In this document: in pieces, positions 1-10,660 of the stretch
Numbering within the stretch: position 1 is the stretch's first letter
Layout: the number at the start of each line of letters is the position of its first letter
Source of the DNA: Parcubacteria group bacterium Gr01-1014_20
GTDB taxonomy: Bacteria > Patescibacteriota > Minisyncoccia > UBA6257 > 2-01-FULL-56-20
Reading direction: 5' to 3'
DNA: 64,000 nucleotides
Assembly (NCBI GenBank): GCA_007376265.1
Contig: VMFW01000010.1
Location: 1,945-65,944, forward strand
Program-made: the position numbers and the translations under genes
Notes under the pieces: model-generated
Databases searched by the model: none
What the model saw: the letters and a program-made list of their open reading frames with translations, nothing else
What the model was told of the DNA's origin: nothing

Positions 1-855
<855 letters not shown>

Positions 856-1087
856 CAATACTGACTTTTACTTTAATGAACTCGGGATACAATTGAGTTC
901 ATTAAAGATTTTTTCTCCACCTATCAGGAATGCGTACCTGATGTGAAGTTTCTTATTCTATTATCAAAAATCTCGGAGTGACTTAAGACTAAAAAAGCCG
1001 CTTCTTTAGCGGCCGCTACTCACACCGAAAAAGGCGCTTTAGCCGCTTTGCTGTGCAAGATTTAGTGCATTTATCATTCCGGTGTTT

Positions 1088-1115
1088 ATTATAGACGGTG
1101 GACGGAGGCTGTCAA
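1088..1115 (-). promoter_or_regulatory. sigma70-like promoter upstream of the 23S rRNA (TTGACA-16 nt-TATAAT on the minus strand)
   Basis: The minus strand reads cTTGACAgcctccgtccaccgtcTATAATaaacacc. The -35 box is at 1110-1115 and the -10 box at 1088-1093, with the 23S 5' end ~220 nt downstream. No 16S rRNA lies upstream within the window. Confidence 0.5.
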
Positions 1116-1149
1116 GTCTCCACGTTTAGGGTTTGGCGACGAGTTAGTA

Positions 1150-1178
1150 TTGACAAATCCATGGATAAACTATAGAAT
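1150..1178 (+). promoter_or_regulatory. sigma70-like promoter (TTGACA-17 nt-TAGAAT), divergent from the rRNA promoter
   Basis: TTGACA at 1150-1155, a 17-nt spacer, then TAGAAT at 1173-1178. A strong RBS (AAGGAGG) and a GTG start follow ~50 nt downstream. Confidence 0.45.
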
Positions 1179-1230
1179 ATGGGCTGGAAATTTTGCTGGG
1201 AATAATGACCCGAAACCCAAGGAGGAAGAC

Positions 1231-1536
1231 GTGAGCACAGGCCAGATTGTTGTCGATCCGAAAGTTTTAATAGCTACCACAAGGCTGAATGGAGCGGTCG
1301 CTTTTCGGATTAGCGACTCGGATAGCTGCCTAAATGGTGAGAGGATAATCAATCTTCTCCGGCTGGGTGCTGCAGTGGTAAAAATCAGCTGTGGTAATTA
1401 TCCGTGGGAGAAGATGATCCAGGAGACGTGCGATTTTGTTAAACAGTTCGCAATCGAAAACGAAGAGATTGACTGCGCCATCACATCCGAAGGAAAGGTT
1501 GCTACAATCACTCGCAGAGTAAGGCCCCAGCCCTAG
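1231..1536 (+). CDS. hypothetical protein (~101 aa); the start is placed at an in-frame GTG with an AAGGAGG RBS, not at the track's TTG at 1150, which overlaps the promoter
   Basis: AAGGAGG at 1219-1225 lies 5 nt upstream of GTG 1231, in frame with track ORF 1150..1536. An intrinsic terminator follows immediately. Confidence 0.45.
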   Translation: MSTGQIVVDPKVLIATTRLNGAVAFRISDSDSCLNGERIINLLRLGAAVVKISCGNYPWEKMIQETCDFVKQFAIENEEIDCAITSEGKVATITRRVRPQP

Positions 1537-1552
1537 CGAATTGCTGTTTGGA

Positions 1553-1585
1553 TCCGCCACCTTAACGAGGGGGCGGATTTTTTTA
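1553..1585 (+). terminator. Rho-independent terminator
   Basis: Hairpin tCCGCCaccttaacgaggGGGCGGa followed by TTTTTTT. Confidence 0.6.
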
Positions 1586-1699
1586 CCAAATTAAAAACCG
1601 CTGGTCCTCACAACCAACGGCTCTTAATTTCTGTAATGTAATTGTACCAGAAACCAGACCAACTCCACAGTAAAACTGTGAATATCTTAGAACCCCAAA

Positions 1700-2386
1700 C
1701 TACATCTTGGTTTCGGTGTTTTCGCGAAGCCGACTAATAAGATGGGCCGCGTAGTCTCTACCTCCCAAGCCGAAGGCCAAACCCCCAGCTAAGGCAAGCA
1801 TGGCGATGAAACCGGTGATGACGGTGTTGATGATGCTTGGCGCGATGTTTAGCTGAACAAGCGATGCCAAGAAACCGAAAACAACAACCGACCACCAGGT
1901 TAATGAACCGAGGAAGTTGGCGCTGTGCATGCGGGCGCCCTTAACGGATGCCTTAACCACTCCGCGAAGGAAGTTGCCAAGGAAAGCGGCGGCTAGCATG
2001 ATTAAGACCGCCACGATTACGTTCGGAATGTAGAAAACAACCTGACCGAGGAAACTAGAAAAGGCGAAAAGATTAAGTTGGTCAGAGGCGGCGAGCAAGA
2101 AGCCAATTAAAATAAACCAATACGTTAACTGACCCAAGAACCTGGCGCCTCTAAGCTTTAATCCTCCCCTTTCGAAATAGGGGGCGATTTCGAGCTTGCC
2201 TAAGAAGGTATCGAGTCGGATAGCCATAAAAATCTTTTCGATCAGGGTGCCAAAGAAAGCGGCGAAGATAAGACCGATAATCAGAATAACAAGGGCGCCG
2301 ATTAAGTTTGGCAGGAAGCCTGAAAACCCCAACCAGAGATTCTGGAGCGATCCAACTATGACTGCTGATAAATCCTGAATAACCAT
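1700..2386 (-). CDS. membrane protein with two 'conserved TM helix' repeats, resembling a mechanosensitive-channel N-terminal region
   Basis: 228-aa ORF. Two tandem hydrophobic repeat units (LxxLxxxLVILIIGLIFAAFFG... and its repeat) are typical of the TM_helix repeat family. Confidence 0.55.
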   Translation of the reverse strand: MVIQDLSAVIVGSLQNLWLGFSGFLPNLIGALVILIIGLIFAAFFGTLIEKIFMAIRLDTFLGKLEIAPYFERGGLKLRGARFLGQLTYWFILIGFLLAASDQLNLFAFSSFLGQVVFYIPNVIVAVLIMLAAAFLGNFLRGVVKASVKGARMHSANFLGSLTWWSVVVFGFLASLVQLNIAPSIINTVITGFIAMLALAGGLAFGLGGRDYAAHLISRLRENTETKM

Positions 2387-2604
2387 ATTTTTTGATAAAC
2401 GCCTAAGGCTATCGAAAACTGAATTTTAGGCGTAATCGACCTTTGCCTTCATTCGAAAGACCCGAAAGTCAAAATTGCTTGGAAAATGAAGGTGTGTTTT
2501 CCTACCTTTAATTTTATCAAAGGGGGTGGGATAAAATGTGGATAACTATACCCAGAGGTTTATGGGGGTACTTACTAGGCTGAAACGGTTTTGCGGCAGC
2601 CGTT

Positions 2605-2646
2605 TGGAAAAAATAAACCTTCGGTTATAAACCGAAGGTTTTTTGT
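2605..2646 (-). terminator. Rho-independent terminator downstream of purC (the hairpin also reads as a terminator on the + strand)
   Basis: AACCTTCGGTTataaACCGAAGGTT flanked by an A-run on the + strand and a T-run on the - strand. Confidence 0.6.
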
Positions 2647-3486
2647 TTAAGCTGGTAGGAACTTCTCGGTGGCGTTGGCCACCCACATGTAATTATCGCG
2701 AACGGCGGCTAGGGCTTCGGGGGTGATGCTGTCCAGGTTACGGTAGACTTGCTTGTCTTTCATTTGGGCTTTGTCGCCACTCGGCCAAATGCGCCAAGAG
2801 TCATTGTCGATCACATCAGCCACGATAATAGTGTCGCGGTACGGTGGTTGGCAGCCAAGGCCACACTCAATCTTTAGATCAACAAGGGTAACCCCCTGTT
2901 TCTCCCAGGCTTCTTCAGCGGCGATAAAACAAATCCTGGCGAGAAAACTCATGTCATCAAAATCGGTGGGGAAGATGGCTGGACTCTCAAATAATTCGGA
3001 TAAAACCTGGGTGGGACCGACCGACAGAGGTTTGCGTGGGTCAAAGAGCTGGTATTCGGACTTATCTTGATCCCAAAAAATCATGGGATCGTGATGCGCG
3101 TCGTCCTTAAGGAAAAACTCAATGATGAGACTGTCGAAACGGGTTCCCTCCGCGACTTCCGGATTTCTTTTTAAGTAGGAGCCGGTCGCGATGCGGCGAG
3201 TGACGATTTCAATGGGAATCATCTGAACCCGTTGGGCGGCGAAGGTTGTCGAATCGACTCGATGAAGAAAGTGGGTGGGGATGCCTTTGGATCTTAGGAG
3301 TCGAAAGGCGTTGCAGGTGACAGTGGTTGAAAGAGCACCCTTGCTTGAGATGAGGTTTCTTCGCTCGCCATCACCGGCGGTAATATCATCCTTGCTTTCA
3401 ATCAGAACTTCGTCTTTGGAGCAAGGATCGGCCCAGATGATCTTGGTTTTGCCTTCAGCCAGTTTCTGCTTGTTCCCCTGATTCAC
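2647..3486 (-). CDS. purC: phosphoribosylaminoimidazole-succinocarboxamide (SAICAR) synthase
   Basis: N-terminal GKTKIIW...ITAGDGERR...KGIPTHF matches the PurC signature GKAKTVY...SAGDG...AGIPT. Confidence 0.9.
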   Translation of the reverse strand: MNQGNKQKLAEGKTKIIWADPCSKDEVLIESKDDITAGDGERRNLISSKGALSTTVTCNAFRLLRSKGIPTHFLHRVDSTTFAAQRVQMIPIEIVTRRIATGSYLKRNPEVAEGTRFDSLIIEFFLKDDAHHDPMIFWDQDKSEYQLFDPRKPLSVGPTQVLSELFESPAIFPTDFDDMSFLARICFIAAEEAWEKQGVTLVDLKIECGLGCQPPYRDTIIVADVIDNDSWRIWPSGDKAQMKDKQVYRNLDSITPEALAAVRDNYMWVANATEKFLPA

Positions 3487-3554
3487 GAATACCTCCCTTT
3501 TTAGCGGTTAAGTGACTAGAGAAATAGTAGACAAAAGCTGACCTCGAGTCAAAG

Positions 3555-5021
3555 TTATAGGTTAAAGATTTTGTCCGTGTTGACTGGTTCTAGATTTCTA
3601 AATTTACGGTGAGCAAACTCGTTAGTTTTTGAGTTGTAGCCGTAGTCTCCGGACCAAGCTCTACCTTTTCGAGCGACTTCCTTTAGTGCCTTTATGATAA
3701 CCGAAATTTCTTGGCTCGACATTATAGGGTTAATGGAAAGGCGGACGAAACCAGGTTTTGAGGAGTAATCGCCATGACCAAGCTGGTCAGTGATTTTTTT
3801 AGAGATTTTTTTATCAATATTAAAAAGATGGTGACCGTAAGTGCCGGCGCAAGCGCAACCCCCGCGAGTTTGGATACCAAAGCGGTCGTTTAACAACTTG
3901 GAAACTAGGTTGTAGTGGAGGCCTTCTATGTTAAAAGAGATGACGCCGAGGCGATGTCCATGCTCCCCCGCTAGAATATGGAGGTTGCTTATTTTTTTCA
4001 TCGCTCTGAAAAGTAGGGTCAAAATTTCTTTTTCACGGGCTAAAATGTTTTTTATACCCATTTTTTCCTTGAGTTTAATGGCTAGAGCGACCTTAATGGT
4101 GCCCAAGAAAGGCGGAGTCCCACCGTCTTCACGAGCCTCAATGTTTTCGAAATAATGATGTTCGCCCCAAGGATTAGTCCAAAGAACGGTGCCACCGCCA
4201 GGATGGTCGGGGACCTTATTAGAATAGAGGTTGGAGTCGAAAATCAGAATACCGGGTGTTCCCGGGCCGCCTAGAAATTTGTGGGGTGAAAAATAGATGG
4301 CGTCCAATTTTTCCCGTGGATCCCGAGGGTGCATATTTATTTTCACGTAAGGAGCGGCGCAGGCGTAGTCAACAAAACAGAGCCCTCCGTTTTGGTGGAT
4401 GAGTTTAGCAATTTTGTGAATGGGCGGCTCTAGGCCGGTTACGTTTGAAGCGGCGCTCACAGCGGCGATTTTCCGCTTTCGGTTTTTGTATTTTTTTAGA
4501 AGTTTTTTAAAATTATCTAAACTCACTAAACCATCACGCCCAGGTGGAACAATCTCTACGTCACAAATGGTTTCTAGCCAAGAAGTTTGGTTAGAGTGGT
4601 GCTCCATATGCGTAATAAAAACAACTGGTCGGAGGCCAGCTGGCGGTTTGACGAATTTATTTAGTTTTTCTGGAACCCTTAAGCCCAGGATGCGCTGCAA
4701 TTTATTTACAGCGCCAGTCATACCAGAACCAGCCGCAATTAAAATGTCGCTATCGTTAGCGCCGGCGTGGTGCTTAATAATTCTTTGGGCTTCGTGATAG
4801 CTTCTTGTCATGGCGGTCCCGGTGACCGTGACCTCGGTGTGAGTGTTGCCCACAAAGGGCCCAAAATCTTTGACGAGTTTTTTTTCGATGGGTCCGTAAA
4901 GCCGGCCGCTCGCCGTCCAGTCAGCGTAGATGATTTTCTTTTGGCCGTAAGGGGTTTCAAAGCGCTGGTTATAACCCACGGTATTTTTTCTGAATTGGTC
5001 GAAGCGTTTCTCGAGAGACAT
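3555..5021 (-). CDS. class V aminotransferase-fold PLP-dependent enzyme (cysteine desulfurase / selenocysteine lyase-like)
   Basis: 488 aa, with YADWTASGR, HMEHHSN and FSPHKFLGGPGTPG (PLP-lysine context) motifs. Confidence 0.7.
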   Translation of the reverse strand: MSLEKRFDQFRKNTVGYNQRFETPYGQKKIIYADWTASGRLYGPIEKKLVKDFGPFVGNTHTEVTVTGTAMTRSYHEAQRIIKHHAGANDSDILIAAGSGMTGAVNKLQRILGLRVPEKLNKFVKPPAGLRPVVFITHMEHHSNQTSWLETICDVEIVPPGRDGLVSLDNFKKLLKKYKNRKRKIAAVSAASNVTGLEPPIHKIAKLIHQNGGLCFVDYACAAPYVKINMHPRDPREKLDAIYFSPHKFLGGPGTPGILIFDSNLYSNKVPDHPGGGTVLWTNPWGEHHYFENIEAREDGGTPPFLGTIKVALAIKLKEKMGIKNILAREKEILTLLFRAMKKISNLHILAGEHGHRLGVISFNIEGLHYNLVSKLLNDRFGIQTRGGCACAGTYGHHLFNIDKKISKKITDQLGHGDYSSKPGFVRLSINPIMSSQEISVIIKALKEVARKGRAWSGDYGYNSKTNEFAHRKFRNLEPVNTDKIFNL

Positions 5022-5137
5022 TATTTAATAATGCTATGCCAAAAGGATTTGAAAGGCTAACTAGTGGAGGTGATTGACAAAAATCATTAAAAATACTAAT
5101 ATGTATCGGTAAACTGCAACTTAACAAAGGAGGAGTA

Positions 5138-5563
5138 GTGTCGACGGCGAACGTTCTCGTTTCTGGCAGTTCTGGCCAAGAACTCCTGGACCCCACATGG
5201 GAAGTAACTAAAGATACTGAAGACACATCGCTTCAAGATGGCAGTAACCTCACGCTGGAGGCGGTGCCGTTTCTGAAAACAGGAGAAGATTGCATCGACG
5301 GTGAAAAGCTCGAGATCCGCGCGGCTGATCTCGGAACACCTCATGGAAAGAAGCTGGTCAAAACTCTTTTCGACAATCGGGATAAGATCGATCCGAGCTG
5401 GCGAGCCTTCTGTCTCGTCTTTCTCGGGACCGTGGGCAAAGATAAGGCTAGCAACCGAAGAGTCCTTAGCCTCAGTTGGAACGGCAAAGACTGGTACGTC
5501 GGCTTCAGATGGCTGGACCGGAAATGGGGAAGTCGCGCTCGACTCATAAGAATTGCAAATTAA
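5138..5563 (+). CDS. hypothetical protein (141 aa)
   Basis: AAGGAGG RBS 5 nt upstream of GTG 5138, and an intrinsic terminator directly downstream. No recognisable motif. Confidence 0.5.
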   Translation: MSTANVLVSGSSGQELLDPTWEVTKDTEDTSLQDGSNLTLEAVPFLKTGEDCIDGEKLEIRAADLGTPHGKKLVKTLFDNRDKIDPSWRAFCLVFLGTVGKDKASNRRVLSLSWNGKDWYVGFRWLDRKWGSRARLIRIAN

Positions 5564-5571
5564 TTTGGGAC

Positions 5572-5610
5572 TAAAAACCGCCTCGATCGTAGTGGCGGTT
5601 TTGTTTTTTC
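5572..5610 (+). terminator. Rho-independent terminator
   Basis: AAAACCGCCtcgatcgtagtGGCGGTTTTgtttttt. Confidence 0.65.
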
Positions 5611-5680
5611 AAGATTGACCACCGGCTTTATCGGTGATACTTATAAACTAGACTAATTAGGTAACTTGAAAGGAGAGGAC

Positions 5681-6091
5681 GTGGATGACTATCGAATTTC
5701 GATAAAAGGGGTGGTTGCGGCCGGTGAGAAGTTTTTGGTACTGGCGCAGAATTCATCAATTGGCCTCATTTGGACTCTGCCCGGAGGTAGAGTAGAGCCA
5801 GGAGAAACACCAGAAGAAACTCTGAACCGAGAAGTGCTCGAAGAGATCGCCTGCAAGATCAAAATAATCCGCCCGATGGGATACTACTGGGCGGTTGGAA
5901 CAAACAGCAAGCGTTGGGTTTGCTGTATAACTTACCTTTGCGAGATTTCTTTGGGCGAGATCGACATCACCAAGAACCCGGATGGTGGAAAAATCATTGA
6001 GTACCGATGGGTGACGAAAGAAGAGTTTCTGGCGGATGAATATAGGGTGGCGGATGGGACTATCAAGGATTTCATTCGGCGAGAAATATGA
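5681..6091 (+). CDS. NUDIX hydrolase
   Basis: Nudix box LPGGRVEPGETPEETLNREVLEEI. An RBS (GAAAGGAGAGG) sits before an in-frame GTG at 5681; the track start is the TTG at 5666. Confidence 0.85.
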   Translation: MDDYRISIKGVVAAGEKFLVLAQNSSIGLIWTLPGGRVEPGETPEETLNREVLEEIACKIKIIRPMGYYWAVGTNSKRWVCCITYLCEISLGEIDITKNPDGGKIIEYRWVTKEEFLADEYRVADGTIKDFIRREI

Positions 6092-6133
6092 AAAAAGATA
6101 AAGCCGTACGAGGTTACTCGCACGGCTTTTTGT

Positions 6134-7015
6134 TTACTTTTTGAGCTGTTTCTTGGCGGAGACAAGACGTTTATCGCCTCCGACGCTAAGGGTCGGATAC
6201 TTGAGTTTCATAGACTCAAGCGCAGAGACAATGACAGTTGAGATCAAAGCGGCGGTGAACCACTTGTTGTCAGATGGGACAATGTACCAGGGAGAGGCCT
6301 TCGTGCTCGTTGCGGAGATCGCTTCCTCATAGGAACGCATATACTCACTCCAGAGGGCGCGCTTGGCGATGTCGTCGAGTGAGAACTTCCAACGCTTTTC
6401 GGGAGTGTCGATTCTTTCGAGGAAACGTCTCCCCTGTTTTTTCTTTGAGACGTTCAGGAAGAACTTGAGAACGACGGTGCCGTTATCGGTCAAGTATCTT
6501 TCGAAATTGACGATTTCTCGGAAACGGCGAGTCCAGATATCCTTGTCTTTCAGATCGTCGGGTAAGCGTTGCGCCTTCAGGATCTCGGGATGAACTCTCA
6601 CCACAACTGTTTCTTCATAGTAGGAGCGGTTGTGGACGCCAATTTTGCCACGCTCAGGAAGGCCCTTCACGCACCGCCACAAGTAATCGTGAGCCAGTTC
6701 TTCCGCCGAGGGAGACTTGAAGCTGTGGACCTGGATGCCCATGGGATTGATACAGTCCATGACCCGGCGAATAGTGCTGTCTTTGCCGGCGGCGTCCATG
6801 CCTTGAAAAATCGCCAGCACCGAACGAGTGCCATCTGCGTAAAGAATTTCTTGGAGCTCAGCGATTCTTCGTGAATTGACCTCGAGGATCTTCAGGGCAG
6901 CAGCCTTGGTAAGACCACCAGTGGAGCCAGGATCGTAGTCTTTGATCGACACTCGTTTTCCGGGTGGTGCCAAAAACGGTTTCGCATTGATCTTCTTTTG
7001 CTTCTTTTTTGCCAC
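6134..7015 (-). CDS. ppk2: polyphosphate kinase 2 family (polyphosphate:nucleotide phosphotransferase)
   Basis: Walker A GMDAAGKD and overall PPK2 architecture, 293 aa. Confidence 0.9.
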   Translation of the reverse strand: MAKKKQKKINAKPFLAPPGKRVSIKDYDPGSTGGLTKAAALKILEVNSRRIAELQEILYADGTRSVLAIFQGMDAAGKDSTIRRVMDCINPMGIQVHSFKSPSAEELAHDYLWRCVKGLPERGKIGVHNRSYYEETVVVRVHPEILKAQRLPDDLKDKDIWTRRFREIVNFERYLTDNGTVVLKFFLNVSKKKQGRRFLERIDTPEKRWKFSLDDIAKRALWSEYMRSYEEAISATSTKASPWYIVPSDNKWFTAALISTVIVSALESMKLKYPTLSVGGDKRLVSAKKQLKK

Positions 7016-7115
7016 TCGTACTCCCTCCGTGAAAAGTTATGAATTAAGAGATTGTGAGCCAAAAAACTGCCTTAGATTCTAAACTAAAACTTGTTCTTTG
7101 TCAACTAGGAAGAAC

Positions 7116-9194
7116 TTACTCAAGCTTTAGCTCTTTTATGGTTTCCCAGCTCTTTTCGTTTAGAACTACTACTCGATCATCACCTACAACATAGAGATAG
7201 TCGTTAAGATAAAGCGCGCGGCGAGAGCGAATTTGGCTCACCGCTTTTTTAAGCGAGAGAGTGTTGCCTTCATAAGAGAAGACGTATCCCCCTTCGCCGC
7301 CAGGTAAGAAGAAAATGTTGTGAGCGGCGTCACTTAGAAACGCGTGATGGGTGCTTTGAACTTCGGTCCAGTAGTCTTTCAAGGAGTATTTGGAAATTTC
7401 GGTGGGGTTCGAGGGATTTGAAACATTAAATAGAGAGAGCTTGACACTGCCACCTTCTTGGCCTACCCCTAAGATCAAGTTTTTCTCGAGCGGGTGGAGG
7501 TAGGAAGAGAAGCCGGGGATTTTAAGTTCGCCTTTCATTTCGGGCTTCCTGGGATTCGAGAGGTCTAAAACGTAGAATGGGTCGGTTTGGCGAAAGGTCA
7601 CAAGATAGCCCCGATCCTCAACGAAGCGAGCCGAGTAGATTCTTTCGGTAAGCCCCAGATCGCGCACGGAGCCAATAATGTTTAGCCCGCCGTCTAAGAC
7701 GTAAACATCGTTCGCGCTCTCCGCGTTCCCACCACCAAAACCCCAGAAGAAGCCACCCTCTATAGTTGAAGCCAAACGGAGATTGTTGTTCCACTCATCC
7801 ATCGAGAATTGGTTTAAGAGAGTACCGGGAATGTTGCCGGTCGCGGCAATTTGTAAATTGTTTAGAGAAATCTTAGTAAGACCAGTTTTAGAAAGTTCGC
7901 GGATGTGACTCTTCATATAATCCTTCAGACGATTTTGGATTTCGTTTTCAAATTTCAACCGATCGTCTTTTTCCAAGGAATTTAGATGGCGATCTAAAAT
8001 CATCTGAAACTCATTCATTTTGGAAGACTGACTAATGTCGTAGCCTTCTAACTTTTCGAGTTGGGTCAAGACTGAAGATGAAACAAGGTCGCGAGCTTTT
8101 TCCTTAAAAAAACCGAGGAAAATTTTCACGTAATCGCCGGGATAGGAGTAGGCCACATAAAGCGCATTCGGGGACATGTAGATGACAGACGAACCAGAAG
8201 TGCCAACGAAAGAAAGGTGGTTTTTAACCGAACCAGTTTCCGGATCCAAAATCATGGCGGTGTAAGTGACGTCTGCCGGGGTCTCGGCGCGGGGGTGGTA
8301 AATTTCAGTACAAGGAATAGAGAGGGCGCTCCCTTTTACGGTCACCGGTATAAAAGGACAGGGATGGCCGGAATTGACCCAGGTTTGAGTAACTAAATAG
8401 ATTTTTCCATCATGGAGCCGAGAGGTTGAGAGGTAAGAGTTATCTTTCAAATCGACACGCCATTTTTCTGTGGGCGAGTCGGGATTTGATACATCGTAGC
8501 CGAATACAGACTGGCCTTCAAAAATAACGAGGATTTTACCGCTCAGCAATAGGTTGCCGGATTTTTGAATTTTGGTCCTTAGGGCCAAGGATTCCGGCGG
8601 GAAAGCTTTTAAAACTTTGGTTTCGCCGCGATTTTGGGGATAGTAATCTGGAGCGATTCTCTTATCTTCGCCTATGGCTGGCTCCATCATCGGCATAGGA
8701 CGACCATAGTAATAGAAAGATTCGAGGGAAAGATAGATTTCTTTGCCGTTGGTTTTCAAAATGTCGGGTTCGTCGATACCAGAAACTTGAACGTTAGTAC
8801 CCGAGACGCGATCAGGCGAAGCGGTAGATTTATTATCAGCGCCGGCGATCGGAGAGGGCGCGCCGGGCATGGCGTCTGATTCCATCATCGGAGCCATCTG
8901 CCTCAAGGCCACGCCGCTAAAACCGAAGCCGCCCAGATTCTCGGCGTTCGAGAGATATTCTTTAAATTCGACTTCAGATTTAAATTTAACGAAAGTGCTT
9001 AGGGTTTTATCCGACTTCAGATCTTCTGGTACTTTGCCTTGAGGATCTGAACCGGGGTTTTTAGGAAACCAGTCATTAATAACGGGGAAACCAGCCTCTG
9101 GGTTATTCAGCCATGAGGTGACAAACAGGGCACAAAGAGTGCCGAAAACGACAATCACTGCTAGCGCAGTCTTGGTACTAATTTTTTTGTGCAT
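7116..9194 (-). CDS. secreted beta-propeller domain protein (Beta_propel family-like)
   Basis: N-terminal signal/TM segment. C-terminal blocks (YVLDLSNPRKPEMKGELKIPGFSSYLHPL, YLYVVGDDRVVVL) are characteristic of the secreted beta-propeller family. Confidence 0.55.
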   Translation of the reverse strand: MHKKISTKTALAVIVVFGTLCALFVTSWLNNPEAGFPVINDWFPKNPGSDPQGKVPEDLKSDKTLSTFVKFKSEVEFKEYLSNAENLGGFGFSGVALRQMAPMMESDAMPGAPSPIAGADNKSTASPDRVSGTNVQVSGIDEPDILKTNGKEIYLSLESFYYYGRPMPMMEPAIGEDKRIAPDYYPQNRGETKVLKAFPPESLALRTKIQKSGNLLLSGKILVIFEGQSVFGYDVSNPDSPTEKWRVDLKDNSYLSTSRLHDGKIYLVTQTWVNSGHPCPFIPVTVKGSALSIPCTEIYHPRAETPADVTYTAMILDPETGSVKNHLSFVGTSGSSVIYMSPNALYVAYSYPGDYVKIFLGFFKEKARDLVSSSVLTQLEKLEGYDISQSSKMNEFQMILDRHLNSLEKDDRLKFENEIQNRLKDYMKSHIRELSKTGLTKISLNNLQIAATGNIPGTLLNQFSMDEWNNNLRLASTIEGGFFWGFGGGNAESANDVYVLDGGLNIIGSVRDLGLTERIYSARFVEDRGYLVTFRQTDPFYVLDLSNPRKPEMKGELKIPGFSSYLHPLEKNLILGVGQEGGSVKLSLFNVSNPSNPTEISKYSLKDYWTEVQSTHHAFLSDAAHNIFFLPGGEGGYVFSYEGNTLSLKKAVSQIRSRRALYLNDYLYVVGDDRVVVLNEKSWETIKELKLE

Positions 9195-9351
9195 ACCTTA
9201 ATTATACGCCAACAAAGAGGGGTTGTTACATTTGTGGACCTAGGCGGAATCGGACCGCCGTCTCAGCAATGCGAATGCTGCGTTCTGCCACTGAACCATA
9301 GGCCCTCCGGGGGAAACTATATCAGAAATAGTTCCGACCGCAAACGCAAAA

Positions 9352-9795
9352 CTACTTGGCTTTCTTCTTTATTTTCTTGGCTCTACTCTTGCGACCGAGG
9401 GCGTGAATTTCTTTTTCGATACGGTGGATGTCTGCGTCCAACTCCTCAATCTCACCTTCTTCTTCCTCAATTTCCTTCTCGGTTTTTTCCACTAGTTTTT
9501 TTTCGCCTTTGATGCCGGAGAGAATAATCCGGTCGCCGATGAAGAAAGATACGAAAAGCCCAGTGATAAGCAGTGTGGCAACGCTAACTATTATCGAGAC
9601 TGGGCCAAAAAGAAATGGGAAAAGCTCGGCAGTTTCCCAGACGCCCTTCCAGAAAAGAACGATAGCTACTCCCCCGATCGCGGTATATAGCACCGGGTGG
9701 CGACTCAAACGCCCCCGAACTTTGTCTTCGAGTTTGTCAAAAAACCAGAAGGTTTTTTCAAAAAGATTTTTATTTTTTGGCATTTTCTTTTTCAA
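9352..9795 (-). CDS. hypothetical small membrane protein with a charged coiled C-terminus
   Basis: One or two TM segments followed by a glutamate- and lysine-rich tail. Confidence 0.45.
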   Translation of the reverse strand: MKKKMPKNKNLFEKTFWFFDKLEDKVRGRLSRHPVLYTAIGGVAIVLFWKGVWETAELFPFLFGPVSIIVSVATLLITGLFVSFFIGDRIILSGIKGEKKLVEKTEKEIEEEEGEIEELDADIHRIEKEIHALGRKSRAKKIKKKAK

Positions 9796-10174
9796 GTTTT
9801 AACGAAGCGGAGTTAATGCAAAACCTCTTACAACTTGGCCCAGGGCCGTCATCAAAAACATGCCCCAAGTGGGCGCCGCAGCGCTTGCACAGAACTTCAA
9901 CACGACTCATGCCGTGGTTCATGTCTTCTTTGAGTTCAACGCGTTCTTTGTTAGTCGGGTCGGTGAAACTTGGCCAGCCAGTGCCAGAATCAAATTTAGC
10001 GTCTGACGAAAAAAGCTCTAAGCCGCAATTAGAGCATTTATACATACCCTTGTCGTGGGTCGCATGGTATTTACCGGTAAAAGGAGCCTCGGTGCCGGCT
10101 TCACGAGTGATGTGATAGGTCTCGGCGTCGAGCTCTTTTTTCCAATCATCCTTAGATTTTTGGATTGGATCCAT
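9770..10174 (-). CDS. msrB: peptide-methionine (R)-S-oxide reductase
   Basis: CSNCG...GTGWPSF...CKRCGAHLGHVFDDGP, the classic MsrB zinc and catalytic motifs. Confidence 0.9.
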   Translation of the reverse strand: MDPIQKSKDDWKKELDAETYHITREAGTEAPFTGKYHATHDKGMYKCSNCGLELFSSDAKFDSGTGWPSFTDPTNKERVELKEDMNHGMSRVEVLCKRCGAHLGHVFDDGPGPSCKRFCINSASLKLEKENAKK

Positions 10175-10183
10175 GTCTAAATT

Positions 10184-10660
10184 CTACATGGAGCGGCGAG
10201 ATTTGAGAATAACTAAAAGACCGAGAATAAAGAGCAGGGTCGAAGTAAGCGCCGAAAACATGCAATAGATGCAGATGGCTTTGATAATAACGAGTTGGAT
10301 AAAAACAAAATAGATGGCGGCGAGCAGACCGAAAATATTTAAGTAGGAAGCGTAGAGGAAGTACTTTTCATTTTTCCGATCGAGAAATAAGATTGATAGG
10401 ACGATGATGAAAAGATAGTAGATGGAACCTAAAAGCGCGACCGGCACACCCAAAATGACCGAATACTCACTCGTAGTCACTTTTTCGCAACCCTCAACGA
10501 TGGTGCAGGGCGGAATGACGCCCCGAAAATGTTCGACGGAGAGATAGGTCGCGTCCAAAAAACCCAAAAAAGCGACCACTAGAAAAGTGATCGCTAGGGC
10601 TTTACTGACTAACGGCTTGGGGAGTAGCGCCGTTTTTGATGAGGATGGTTCTAAATTCAT
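10184..10660 (-). CDS. vitamin K epoxide reductase (VKOR) family membrane protein
   Basis: Multi-TM protein with a loop Cys pair (CTIVEGC) and a CIYC active-site-like motif. It overlaps the upstream DsbA gene by ~59 nt. Confidence 0.7.
   Translation of the reverse strand: MNLEPSSSKTALLPKPLVSKALAITFLVVAFLGFLDATYLSVEHFRGVIPPCTIVEGCEKVTTSEYSVILGVPVALLGSIYYLFIIVLSILFLDRKNEKYFLYASYLNIFGLLAAIYFVFIQLVIIKAICIYCMFSALTSTLLFILGLLVILKSRRSM

Noticed and set aside
8634-8879. Numerous 60-140-aa ORFs antisense to or overlapping confident genes (e.g. 8634..8879, 3928..4155, 41830..42237, 44076..45318, 51052..51669, 33651..34432)
   Set aside because: They are embedded in well-supported longer genes on the opposite strand or in alternative frames, and have low-complexity, Arg/Ser/Pro-rich composition typical of shadow ORFs.
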